Of a stretch of 64,000 bases of DNA, positions 29,634 through 38,587 are shown in pieces (within the stretch, counting starts at the first letter, position 1; the number at the start of each line of letters is the position of its first letter). The notes under the pieces are model-generated. The model did no database searches. It saw only the letters and a list, made by a program, of their open reading frames with translations, and was not told the origin of the DNA. The position numbers and the translations under genes are program-made. Source of the DNA: Patescibacteria group bacterium (GTDB lineage Bacteria > Patescibacteriota > Patescibacteriia > Patescibacteriales > UBA12465); assembly GCA_050943055.1 (NCBI GenBank), contig JBMNOL010000004.1, positions 3,262-67,261 on the forward strand, written 5' to 3'.

Positions 29634-30502
29634 AACCGATATTTAGAGATATTTTGTTCAACAATTTTGGTAATTATTTTTAAATCGCCAGCGTTTAGAT
29701 TTTTAAAACGTCCTTGGCGACCTAAATAGTCGGCCAGTGGCGCCGCTGTGAACTTAGCCGTAATACTGGAAGCGGTTAGCTCCCCATTAGTGTATTCAAG
29801 TAAGGGGTAAAGACCTGTTTTAACCGCTAATTTTCCCATTTGTCCGGCTTCATTGTTTTTTATTTTCCAGCCCGGAATACAAGGTGCTAAAATCTGAACA
29901 TAACTAGGACCGTCTACAGCTAAAGCTTTTTTTATTTTGTTAGTAATGTCATCAGGAAAGCCGGCCGTACTTTGGGCGACATATTTTAAGCCGTGAGCCA
30001 AAGCGATCCCCAGTAAATCTTTTTTGTGAGTGGTGGCACCAGAAACACCTTGACCGCTAGGAGTGGTGGTGGTACTGGCCCCATAAGGAGTGGCTCCAGA
30101 AGCTTGAATGCCGGTGTTAGAATAGGCTTCAGTATCAAAGCAAATGTAGAGAATGCGTTCGCCGCGCTCCCACATCCCCGAAATTAGGCCCAGGCCAATA
30201 TCGTAGGTGGCGCCATCACCACCAATAGCGACCACCCGAGTTTTATTATCTCCTTTAGCTTTTAAGGCTGCTAAAACTCCCGAAGCAACGGCGGCGGCAT
30301 TTTCAAATAAGGAGTGTATCCAAGGTATCCCCCAAGAGCTTTCCGGAAAAGATGTCGTTGTCACTTCAATGCAGCCGGTGGCATTGGCGATGATTACCTC
30401 GGCCGGTAAGCCTCTTAGAGCCGCTTGCACGGCGGCTAGCTCGCCGCAGCCAGCGCAAGCGTTATGTCCCGGGCACAATTTTTGGTTTTTATAATTTGGC
30501 AT
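29630..30502 (-). CDS. porB: Pyruvate (2-oxoacid):ferredoxin oxidoreductase beta subunit (TPP-binding)
   Basis: N-terminal CPGHNACAGCGE, TPP motif GGDGATYDIGLG..., CFDTEAYSNTG. 2-oxoacid specificity cannot be fixed from sequence alone. Confidence 0.88.
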   Translation of the reverse strand: MPNYKNQKLCPGHNACAGCGELAAVQAALRGLPAEVIIANATGCIEVTTTSFPESSWGIPWIHSLFENAAAVASGVLAALKAKGDNKTRVVAIGGDGATYDIGLGLISGMWERGERILYICFDTEAYSNTGIQASGATPYGASTTTTPSGQGVSGATTHKKDLLGIALAHGLKYVAQSTAGFPDDITNKIKKALAVDGPSYVQILAPCIPGWKIKNNEAGQMGKLAVKTGLYPLLEYTNGELTASSITAKFTAAPLADYLGRQGRFKNLNAGDLKIITKIVEQNISKYRL

Positions 30503-30504
30503 AA

Positions 30505-31485
30505 TTATTTTTTTATTGTTCCGTCGGCATAAGCTTCACAGCAAGTGGAATTATCGCAATTCCGTCCACCGCTAGCCCAATCGCGGTTACAAGATTCACC
30601 ATCACTTAAGCTAAAGCAAAGGGAGCCCTCTTTGGTGCCGCAAGGCTCACCAACTGTTCCGGCTCCAGTATAAAGTTTCCCGTTAAAGCACCAATACTTT
30701 ATTTTATGTACTGCTGCTTGATCAGTTTCTTTTGCTTCCTCTCCATTTTTAACGCCAGCACAATTAGCGTCAGTAACACTAGCTCCATTACAAGCTGGTA
30801 GTTCGTTGCACTCTCCAGCACCAACAGACATATTAGATCCGGAACAATCCTTAGCAAGTTTTTTAGAGCAAGCTTTAACCAAATCTTTAGCGTCATTATT
30901 ATATTCAATGCAACAAATATAGGGTTCGCATTTTTCACCAGCCACTCCATAACCATCAGGATGAAAATCTTTTTCTTCGCAATTTTGGGAACTAATCATT
31001 TCCGCCTTACCACTCTTTAGGGCTTTATCGCAGCAGCCAAGATCTACGTACTCGATTGACCGCATCTCAATCGCCGGCAACTTTGTTAAATTGGGATTAA
31101 TGGTATTTAAAATAAAATAAGAACCAAGAAGTAAAAAACTTCCAAAAAGAGAACCACTGATCATTTTTTTAGCACTTTCAATCTTCTTGGTATTGCCACC
31201 GGAAATAATCCACTGCACACCTCCAGCCATCAAAATTAAAACAGCGAGGACGCCTAAAATATTTAAAGCGTAAATATAAAAAGATCTAATATAGTCAGCG
31301 AGTAAAGTACTGCTGGTAGTGCCATTTTTAGTTTCTCCAACTGAAATATTTTCCCCAACCTGAAACTCAGAGCCGGGAATTCCGACTTGAGGAGTAAAGG
31401 TAAATTCACGCTGAGCTGCCGCGGCGACAGTCCCAGTGCTTAAAAAAATAATCGTTACAAAAAAAATCGCTAATTTATTTTTCAT
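30505..31485 (-). CDS. Secreted protein with VirB2/TrbC-type pilin-like hairpin followed by a Cys-rich C-terminal domain (paralog of 28473-29633 core)
   Basis: Signal peptide (TGTVAAAAQ). Core LAVLILMAGGVQWIISGGNTKKIESAKKMISGSLFGSFLLLGSYFILNTINPNL is colinear with the core of the 386-aa protein. A C-terminal domain of about 190 aa has many Cys, including CC pairs. The ATG at 31485 lies inside the last codons of porA. Confidence 0.65.
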   Translation of the reverse strand: MKNKLAIFFVTIIFLSTGTVAAAAQREFTFTPQVGIPGSEFQVGENISVGETKNGTTSSTLLADYIRSFYIYALNILGVLAVLILMAGGVQWIISGGNTKKIESAKKMISGSLFGSFLLLGSYFILNTINPNLTKLPAIEMRSIEYVDLGCCDKALKSGKAEMISSQNCEEKDFHPDGYGVAGEKCEPYICCIEYNNDAKDLVKACSKKLAKDCSGSNMSVGAGECNELPACNGASVTDANCAGVKNGEEAKETDQAAVHKIKYWCFNGKLYTGAGTVGEPCGTKEGSLCFSLSDGESCNRDWASGGRNCDNSTCCEAYADGTIKK

Positions 31486-32611
31486 AGCGCTTGATTAAAT
31501 TTAAAATTTGTTTTTCCGTAACATCTTGTCCGCCCAATCCTAAAACTTCAGCATGTAAATCAATTTTTTCTCCCCATAGCGCCGCACTCAAATCTAATTT
31601 TAGGGGTGATTCGTGGCCCAGGCCATAACTTTTTTCCAAAACCAAAATATTTTTTACTCCCCGAAGAGCTTGTTTTATTTCGGTCGTCGGGAAGGGGCGG
31701 TAGCAGCGAATTTTTAATAAAGCTACTTTACTATTGTAATTATCTAAGACCTGCTTAATGGTGCCGCAAACTGTTCCCAGGGCGATAATAACTAGGGCTG
31801 CTCCTTTGACGCCGTAGTATTCAATTAAGCCATTATCAATTAAGACTCGCTTATCCTTAGGGGTCGGAAAGATTTTTTTCCAAGCAATATAATCTTTTTT
31901 TATCGTTTCCGAAGCGGCTAATAAATCTTTTTGTAGTTGACCGCGAAATTGAGGGTAAGTATCGGGTCCGCCAAAAACACCCATAGTTACTGGATGTTTT
32001 GGGTCAAGATATTCTCCGGCAACCAGGTTTCGTTTCGGAAGAAATTTTTTGATCGTTTGGGGATCGGGCAGATAACAGCTCGCAAAAGCGTGGGTTAAAA
32101 TAAAACCATCCACATTAACCAAAACCGGTAGATTCAAATTTTCGGCAACTTTGTAAGCTAAGACATGTTGATCAATTGCTTCTTGGTGGGTTTCGGCAAA
32201 AAGTAAAATAGCCCCACAATCTCGTAAAGCCATAATGTCGGAATGGTCATTCCAAATATTAATTGGTCCGGAAATTGCGCGGTTCGCCACCGTCATTACT
32301 ACCGGTAGACGCAGGCCGGAGAGGTTATATAAAACTTCCGTCATTAGCAGTAAACCTTGAGAGGAGGTAGCGCTATAGGTTCTCGCTCCGGTGGCGCTGG
32401 CCCCTAAAATAATTGAGGCCGCGGCGAATTCGCTCTCCGCTCGGACGTATTCATAGGTTGCTTTTTTGTCGACGGCTCGCTGGGCTAAATCCTCAACGAT
32501 GTGAGTTTGGGGAGTAATTGGATAAGCGCTAACTACTGTTGGCTTGATTCGGCTTACCACCTCCGCAATCGCCGCCGCTCCCTCTAAAAATTGTTTTTTT
32601 GTTACGCTCAT
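31475..32611 (-). CDS. porA: Pyruvate (2-oxoacid):ferredoxin oxidoreductase alpha subunit
   Basis: EGAAAIAEVVSRIKPTVVSAYPITPQTHIVE, EFAAASIILGASATGARTYSATSSQGL. The preferred start MSVTKK is at 32611, 1 nt after the porD stop; the track's longer ORF to 32662 overlaps porD. Confidence 0.88.
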   Translation of the reverse strand: MSVTKKQFLEGAAAIAEVVSRIKPTVVSAYPITPQTHIVEDLAQRAVDKKATYEYVRAESEFAAASIILGASATGARTYSATSSQGLLLMTEVLYNLSGLRLPVVMTVANRAISGPINIWNDHSDIMALRDCGAILLFAETHQEAIDQHVLAYKVAENLNLPVLVNVDGFILTHAFASCYLPDPQTIKKFLPKRNLVAGEYLDPKHPVTMGVFGGPDTYPQFRGQLQKDLLAASETIKKDYIAWKKIFPTPKDKRVLIDNGLIEYYGVKGAALVIIALGTVCGTIKQVLDNYNSKVALLKIRCYRPFPTTEIKQALRGVKNILVLEKSYGLGHESPLKLDLSAALWGEKIDLHAEVLGLGGQDVTEKQILNLIKRYEK

Positions 32612-32612
32612 A

Positions 32613-32915
32613 TTAAAAATCTTCAACCATCTTAATTGCCTTAACGGGGCATTCGGCGGCACACAGGCCGCAGCCTTTACAATAATCTAAATCGGTTTCC
32701 GGTTTTAATTTATTGTGGTGCTCTTTTTGCGCGACCATTTTTATACAAGCGTCCGGACAAAATTTGGCACATAAAGAACAGCCAATACAAGTATTGTAGT
32801 CAGTGACGGGTCGGTAAATCCGCCACGAGCCAGTTTTGTTGGTGGTAGCGCTGTTAGGCTGACTAATTGGCCGTCGCAATATTTTTGGCGCGGTCTTTTT
32901 TTCCTTAACTTTCAT
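32613..32915 (-). CDS. porD: Pyruvate:ferredoxin oxidoreductase delta subunit (2x[4Fe-4S] ferredoxin)
   Basis: Two CxxCxxCxxxCP motifs (CIGCSLCAKFCP, CKGCGLCAAECP) in a 100-aa protein located between the gamma and alpha subunits. Confidence 0.88.
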   Translation of the reverse strand: MKVKEKKTAPKILRRPISQPNSATTNKTGSWRIYRPVTDYNTCIGCSLCAKFCPDACIKMVAQKEHHNKLKPETDLDYCKGCGLCAAECPVKAIKMVEDF

Positions 32916-33486
32916 AAATTAAAGTAATTGCTTTTAAATTTTTATTAACAACATCTTTCCCTTTGGATTTTAATTTTTCCCGCACCGCTTCCTTTAGAGA
33001 GTCCAAAGAAAAGAGAGAACTATTTTTCGCCAGGGCCGCTAAAATAACGGTATTGACTATATTTTTTCCAATCACTTTTAAGGCGACAACTGTTGCCGGA
33101 GTACAAATAATATTTTTTTGGTGAATTTTTATCTTCGGGGAGGATTTTTTTAATTGCTGGAAAATTTCGGTATTACTTAGTGAAGTGTTAATAATAATTT
33201 TTGTTTGAGCGTGAGCGCCGGCCAGAATGTTTTTATCGCCAATTAAAGTTTCATCTTGAACAATTAAATAGTCGGGCCGGTAAATCTGTTCGCGAGTTTT
33301 TATCGGCGTCTTAGAGAGACGGGCAAAAGAAACCACCGGCGCGCCGCTGCGCTCGACGCCAAAAAAGGGGAAGGCCTGTGCTTCTTTGCCGTCCAAGGTG
33401 GCTGCCAAAGCTACTAACTCAGCGGCGGTTACTACTCCTTGGCCACCGCGGCCATGAACTCGTACTTGCGTTGTTAGGGAAGACAT
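32905..33486 (-). CDS. porG: Pyruvate:ferredoxin oxidoreductase gamma subunit
   Basis: VRVHGRGGQGVVTAAELVALAA...FPFFGVERSGAPV is typical of the gamma subunit. It overlaps the porD start by 11 nt. Confidence 0.85.
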   Translation of the reverse strand: MSSLTTQVRVHGRGGQGVVTAAELVALAATLDGKEAQAFPFFGVERSGAPVVSFARLSKTPIKTREQIYRPDYLIVQDETLIGDKNILAGAHAQTKIIINTSLSNTEIFQQLKKSSPKIKIHQKNIICTPATVVALKVIGKNIVNTVILAALAKNSSLFSLDSLKEAVREKLKSKGKDVVNKNLKAITLIYES

Positions 33487-33495
33487 AAAAAATAA

Positions 33496-34311
33496 CTATT
33501 CATTTAGAGTTTTTAAATAATTGTCGATCATTGTTATAAAAGCGGTATCCTCTAAATAGCCGGTCATCACCCGACCATTAATAAACCAGGATGGTGTTCC
33601 TTCAACTTGAAGAGTTATCGCGTCTTCTAAGTCAATAGCAATATTAGTAGTATACTTTTTCTCGGAGAAGCATTTATCAAACAGAGCGGCATTAATACCT
33701 AGGGTTCCGGCTAGATCATAAATAGTGCTTTTAAGTTCAGTATCAAGAGTCGTGAGGGCGCTTTGGTTGGCAAATAATTGATTATGCATTTCCCAAAACC
33801 TCCCTTGTTCGCCGGCACAACGGGCGGCTAAAGCTAAATCAATCGAGGTTTCGTGTAAAGGTAAGTCACGGTAAATGAATTTTACTTGATCGGGGTAGCG
33901 AGTATTTAGCTTTTCCGCAATTTTATAAGCTTTGGCACAGTAGGGACAGGCAAAGTCGGCAAATTCCACAATAGTGATTAGCGCATCGTCTGGACCTAGG
34001 GAATAATTAGTCCCCGGACCATAGATTGCTCGATCGAGATTTATTTCTTCGGGGTTAATCTTTTGCAAAAGTTCATTCTCTGAGTTGTTGATTAAAAGTT
34101 CCACCTCTTGACCATCAAGAATTCTGGTCGTGAGATTAGAGATATAAAATCCCGCTGCTACTAGCCCGACTAAAACTAAACCGAGGATAATAATTAGCAC
34201 TATTCCCCACCAGCGCTTATACCAAGGGGTTAATTTTTTCTTATATTTTTCTTTAAGAGCCAAATATTTAGTGCGCTCTTCCAGATTCAGATTTCCGAGA
34301 TTTTTTGCCAT
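33496..34311 (-). CDS. Membrane-anchored DsbA-like thiol:disulfide oxidoreductase (thioredoxin fold)
   Basis: N-terminal TM (WWGIVLIIILGLVLVGLVAAGFYI). Active-site FADFACPYCAKAY (CPYC), then GTPSWFING (cis-Pro loop region) as in the DsbA/Thioredoxin_4-like family. It lies 9 nt upstream of porG. Confidence 0.8.
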   Translation of the reverse strand: MAKNLGNLNLEERTKYLALKEKYKKKLTPWYKRWWGIVLIIILGLVLVGLVAAGFYISNLTTRILDGQEVELLINNSENELLQKINPEEINLDRAIYGPGTNYSLGPDDALITIVEFADFACPYCAKAYKIAEKLNTRYPDQVKFIYRDLPLHETSIDLALAARCAGEQGRFWEMHNQLFANQSALTTLDTELKSTIYDLAGTLGINAALFDKCFSEKKYTTNIAIDLEDAITLQVEGTPSWFINGRVMTGYLEDTAFITMIDNYLKTLNE

Positions 34312-34376
34312 AAATTGTCTCTTTTAGCTTTTTTAATTATACTTTTATTATACATAATTTAGTAAAAAATTACAGC

Positions 34377-35138
34377 ATGAAAATTATCTCTTGGAATGTT
34401 AATGGCATTCGGGCCGTTTTAAAAAAAGGCTTTCGGGAATTTTTAGAAACTGAACGTCCGGAAATTATTTGTTTACAAGAAATTAAAATTTCTGATGCCG
34501 CTAAGGCTGAAGCCGCCTTTGATTTTCCCGGTTATCGGGAGTATTGGAATTCGGCCCTTCGGCCGGGTTATAGCGGTACGGCGACTTTAGTCCGAGAAGA
34601 TATTGATCCGCCTCTTAGTATTAGCGGTTTAGGTCTTAAGGAATTTGACGATGAGGGGCGCACGCAGATTTTAGAATTTGCCGATTTCTATTTGGTTAAT
34701 TGTTATTTTCCCAATGCCAATGCCGAGTTGTCGCGCTTGGCTTACAAGTTAGTCTTTAATGAAGCCTTGCAGAAAAAGCTAAAAGAACTAGAGCTTAAAA
34801 AACCAGTTATTTTAACTGGCGATTACAATGTGGCGCATCGGGAAATTGACTTAGCGCGGCCTAAAGAAAATATTGGTAGCGCTGGTTTTACTTACGAAGA
34901 GCGCGCTTGGATGGATAGATTTTTAGCGGCCGGCTTTATTGATACTTATCGCGCTTTAAATGGTAACCGGATTCAATACACTTGGTGGAGTTATCGCGCT
35001 TACGCGCGCGCTCGCAATATTGGTTGGCGGATTGATTATTTTTGCGTTTCCGAAAAATTATTACCGAAAATAAAAACGGCGGCTATCTTAGATGAAGTCG
35101 AGGGCTCGGATCATTGCCCAATTTTGATAGTTCTTTAG
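34377..35138 (+). CDS. xth: Exodeoxyribonuclease III (AP endonuclease)
   Basis: MKIISWNVNGIRA, CLQEIK, GDYNVAH, SDHCPI motifs of the ExoIII/APE1 family. Confidence 0.93.
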   Translation: MKIISWNVNGIRAVLKKGFREFLETERPEIICLQEIKISDAAKAEAAFDFPGYREYWNSALRPGYSGTATLVREDIDPPLSISGLGLKEFDDEGRTQILEFADFYLVNCYFPNANAELSRLAYKLVFNEALQKKLKELELKKPVILTGDYNVAHREIDLARPKENIGSAGFTYEERAWMDRFLAAGFIDTYRALNGNRIQYTWWSYRAYARARNIGWRIDYFCVSEKLLPKIKTAAILDEVEGSDHCPILIVL

Positions 35139-35261
35139 GCTAAAAAACTGTCTACCGACTCTTTATCTTTTTGGCACTTAAAACCTTGCTTTTTAGCTGT
35201 TTTCTCGCTAAACTCCAAAAATGCTCAAGAAAAATTAGACTTTTTTCTTTAACTTATTTTT

Positions 35262-37715
35262 ATGTATAATTTTCAAAAAATTGAAGCTAAATGGCAAGAG
35301 AAATGGCGCGCGGCGGAGATTTTTAAAACTCCGGAAATTGATAATCGTCCTAAACGCTACATTTTAGATATGTTCCCTTATCCATCAGGGAGCGGTTTAC
35401 ATGTCGGCCATGTTGAATCATATACCGCCACCGATATTTATTCCCGTTTTTCGAGGGGACAGGGGTATCGCGTTTTGCATCCTCAGGGATTTGATGCTTT
35501 TGGCTTGCCAGCCGAAAATTATGCTATTAAGACGGGGGTGCATCCGGCGGAAACCATTAAAAATGCTGTCGCTACTTTTACTAAACAGATTGATAGTTTA
35601 GGCGTTTCCTATGATTGGGCACGACGGGTTATTACCAGCGATCCGAGCTATTACCGTTTTACCCAATGGCTTTTTTTACTGATGTATAAAAATGGTTTGG
35701 CTTATAAAAAGAAAGCCAAGGTTAACTGGTGTGAAAGTTGTCAAACAGTTTTAGCGCGCGAGCAAGCTGAAGGTGGCGTTTGCGAACGCTGCGGCAATAA
35801 AGTAATTCAAAAAGATTTAGAGCAGTGGTTTTTTAAGATCACCGATTTTATTGAAGATCAGGAGTATGAGGGGCGAAAAGTTTCCGGACTTTTATCCGGG
35901 TTAGATCATCTTGATTGGCCTGAATCTACTAAATTGGGGCAACGTCATTGGATTGGTCGTTCAGTTGGAGCAGCGGTAAATTTTACTTTGTTAACTTCTG
36001 ATCAAACTGAGTTTAAGGTCGAGGTCTTTACTACTCGTCTTGATACTATTTTTGGTTGTACTTATTTAGTTTTGGCGCCTGAACATCCTTTGGTGGCAAC
36101 GCTTTTGCCTCAGTTAGAAAATTCTGTGGCCGTGGCTGATTATTTAGAGCAGGTGACTAAAAAAACCGAGCTCGAGCGCACGGATTTAAATAAAGATAAA
36201 ACCGGTGTCCCCTTGGTTGGCCTCGAAGCGGTTAACCCTTTTAATCATCAAAAGATTCCGGTTTTTGTTGCGGACTATGTTTTAGCGGGTTATGGCACTG
36301 GGGCAGTGATGGCGGTGCCGGCTCATGATGAGAGAGATTATGCTTTTGCCCAAAAATACCAATTACCAATTACCACCGTTATTCAGCCAGAAATTGAAAC
36401 TTCGGCTCCGGAGGGAGTGTTTACGGAGGATGGCTTATTGATTGATTCTGGTGAGTATACCGGCTTAAACTCGGCTGTTGCCCGTCAGCGCATGTCCGAT
36501 TTTTTAGAACGCACCCGTCAGGGAGGGGAACAAATAAATTATCGTTTACGCGATTGGTTGGTCTCACGACAACGTTATTGGGGGGCGCCCATTCCTATTA
36601 TTTATTGTGAAAAATGCGGTGCTGTTCCGGTCCCGGAAAAAGATCTACCGGTTCTTTTGCCGGAAGATGTTGATTTTCGGCCGACTGGCGAATCGCCATT
36701 AAAAAATTCTTCCTCCTTCCATCAAGTCAAGTGCCCGAGTTGTGGCGCTTCGGCGCGTCGCGAGAGTGATACGATGGATACTTTTGTTTGTTCTTCTTGG
36801 TATTTCTTACGTTACGCTGATCCTAAAAATCAAGCTGTTTTTGCCGCTCCGGAAAAACTTAAAGAGTGGCTGCCAGTGGATTTATACTTAGGCGGCGCTG
36901 AACATACCGTTTTGCATTTATTGTACGCCCGCTTTTTTACCAAGGTTCTAAAAAAATATGGCTATCTTGATTTTGATGAGCCCTTCTTGCGTCTGCGTCA
37001 TCAAGGAATTATTTTGGGCGAGGACGGAAATAAAATGAGTAAGTCTAAAGGGAATGTTGTTAATCCTGATAGTTTAGTGGCTGTAAGCGGCGCCGATGCT
37101 GTGCGTTTGTACGAAATGTTTATGGGCCCCCTAGAGGAAATGAAGCCTTGGAGTAGTCAGGGAATAAGCGGTGTTTCCAGGTTTTTAGATCGTGTCGAAA
37201 GAATTTTTACTGGCTCTGCGGGGGTTGATGATGAGTCGGCGGTCGTGCTTTTACACCAAACCATAAAAAAAGTCACTGATGATATTGAAAGTTTTAAATT
37301 TAATACCGCTATTTCGGCGCTGATGATTTTTGTTAATCGCCTCTATGAGTTAAAAAATAAGACTGGCGAGTGGCCACTTAGCGCTGATAATTTAGGTAAA
37401 TTTTTACGTCTTTTAGAGCCCTTTGCTCCTCATTTAGCCGAAGAGCTTTGGGAACGCTTAGGGCACAGCGATTTTTTAGCTTTAAGTCCTTGGCCTCAAT
37501 ATGAACCGGAGTTAGTTAAAGCAGAAACTTTCACTTTGGCGGTTCAGATTAATGGCAAGTTGCGAGCGTCGCTCCTCGTGTCGGTAAATTTAACGACCGA
37601 TGACATTGTCGAGCTGGCCAAAGACGATCCGACTGTCTCGAAGTGGCTCGAGGGGGCAGAAATTATTCGTCAGATTTATGTTCCGGGAAAATTGCTTAAT
37701 TTAGTAATTCGCTAA
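35262..37715 (+). CDS. leuS: Leucine--tRNA ligase
   Basis: PYPSGSGLHVGHV (HIGH), KMSKSKGN (KMSKS), CP1 editing-domain motifs (TTRLDTIFG, AVPAHDERD), Zn-type CESC...CERCG. Confidence 0.97.
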   Translation: MYNFQKIEAKWQEKWRAAEIFKTPEIDNRPKRYILDMFPYPSGSGLHVGHVESYTATDIYSRFSRGQGYRVLHPQGFDAFGLPAENYAIKTGVHPAETIKNAVATFTKQIDSLGVSYDWARRVITSDPSYYRFTQWLFLLMYKNGLAYKKKAKVNWCESCQTVLAREQAEGGVCERCGNKVIQKDLEQWFFKITDFIEDQEYEGRKVSGLLSGLDHLDWPESTKLGQRHWIGRSVGAAVNFTLLTSDQTEFKVEVFTTRLDTIFGCTYLVLAPEHPLVATLLPQLENSVAVADYLEQVTKKTELERTDLNKDKTGVPLVGLEAVNPFNHQKIPVFVADYVLAGYGTGAVMAVPAHDERDYAFAQKYQLPITTVIQPEIETSAPEGVFTEDGLLIDSGEYTGLNSAVARQRMSDFLERTRQGGEQINYRLRDWLVSRQRYWGAPIPIIYCEKCGAVPVPEKDLPVLLPEDVDFRPTGESPLKNSSSFHQVKCPSCGASARRESDTMDTFVCSSWYFLRYADPKNQAVFAAPEKLKEWLPVDLYLGGAEHTVLHLLYARFFTKVLKKYGYLDFDEPFLRLRHQGIILGEDGNKMSKSKGNVVNPDSLVAVSGADAVRLYEMFMGPLEEMKPWSSQGISGVSRFLDRVERIFTGSAGVDDESAVVLLHQTIKKVTDDIESFKFNTAISALMIFVNRLYELKNKTGEWPLSADNLGKFLRLLEPFAPHLAEELWERLGHSDFLALSPWPQYEPELVKAETFTLAVQINGKLRASLLVSVNLTTDDIVELAKDDPTVSKWLEGAEIIRQIYVPGKLLNLVIR

Positions 37716-37717
37716 TC

Positions 37718-38560
37718 ATGGACCTCGCTCAACAAATGAAGGAATTATGTCGTATTTATGATCTCCACCCCAATCGTTCTAAGGGGCAGAATTTTTTAGT
37801 AACCGAAAGCGTTTATAATGATATCATCGCTGCCGGCGAACTAACTAAAAATGACACGGTTTTAGAGGTGGGGCCGGGACTTGGTTTTTTAACGGCCCGT
37901 TTAGCGAAAGCGGCGGGGCAGGTAGTAACAGTGGAGTTAGATGATAAGTTGGCTAATTTTCTGCAAACTGCTCTTGATTCACAGGCGGTAACCAACGTCA
38001 CTTTGCTTAATCAGGATATTTTACGTTTTAATCCCGATAATTTGCCGGCTGGTTATAAAATTGTTGCTAATTTGCCTTATAATATCAGTTCGATTTTTTT
38101 GAGAACTTTTTTGGAGCAAAAAAATGCGCCGGAACGAATGGTTTTGCTTTTACAAAAAGAGGTGGCGCAGCGCCTAGCCGCGAAACCGGGGGCAATGAGT
38201 CTTTTGTCGTTGTCGGTTCAGTTTTATAGCCAGCCTGAAATAATTCGCTTGGTTAAAGCGGGGAATTTTTGGCCGGAGCCCAAGGTTGATAGTGCTTTAG
38301 TCAGGCTGAAACTGAATTCTGGCCGTAGCAGTGCTTATAGCGCTCTTGAAAAAAAAGCTTTCTTTCGTTTAGCTCGAATTGGTTTTAGTGCTAAAAGAAA
38401 AATGCTCAAAAATAACTTAGCTGCTGGCCTAAATCTTGATTTAGCCACAGTAACGGAAATATTAAAGACTTCTAATCTGCCACCACAAATTAGAGCCGAA
38501 GAATTAAGTCTCGATGATTGGCAAAAACTGTTTGCGACGGCGCGGTCTTTTGTGTTATAA
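37718..38560 (+). CDS. rsmA: 16S rRNA (adenine1518/1519-N6)-dimethyltransferase RsmA/KsgA
   Basis: KGQNFL, SAM motif VLEVGPGLGFLT, ANLPYNISS. Confidence 0.93.
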   Translation: MDLAQQMKELCRIYDLHPNRSKGQNFLVTESVYNDIIAAGELTKNDTVLEVGPGLGFLTARLAKAAGQVVTVELDDKLANFLQTALDSQAVTNVTLLNQDILRFNPDNLPAGYKIVANLPYNISSIFLRTFLEQKNAPERMVLLLQKEVAQRLAAKPGAMSLLSLSVQFYSQPEIIRLVKAGNFWPEPKVDSALVRLKLNSGRSSAYSALEKKAFFRLARIGFSAKRKMLKNNLAAGLNLDLATVTEILKTSNLPPQIRAEELSLDDWQKLFATARSFVL

Positions 38561-38587
38561 TCAAGGCACAAATATTAGCAATAAATT

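Noticed and set aside
35139-35261. Possible T-box or other leader RNA upstream of leuS.
   Set aside because: The spacer is only about 120 nt, and I could find no specifier or T-box consensus (AGGGUGGNACCGCG-like) sequence. Only a weak promoter-like TTGCTT-17-TAAACT (35186-35214) is present.
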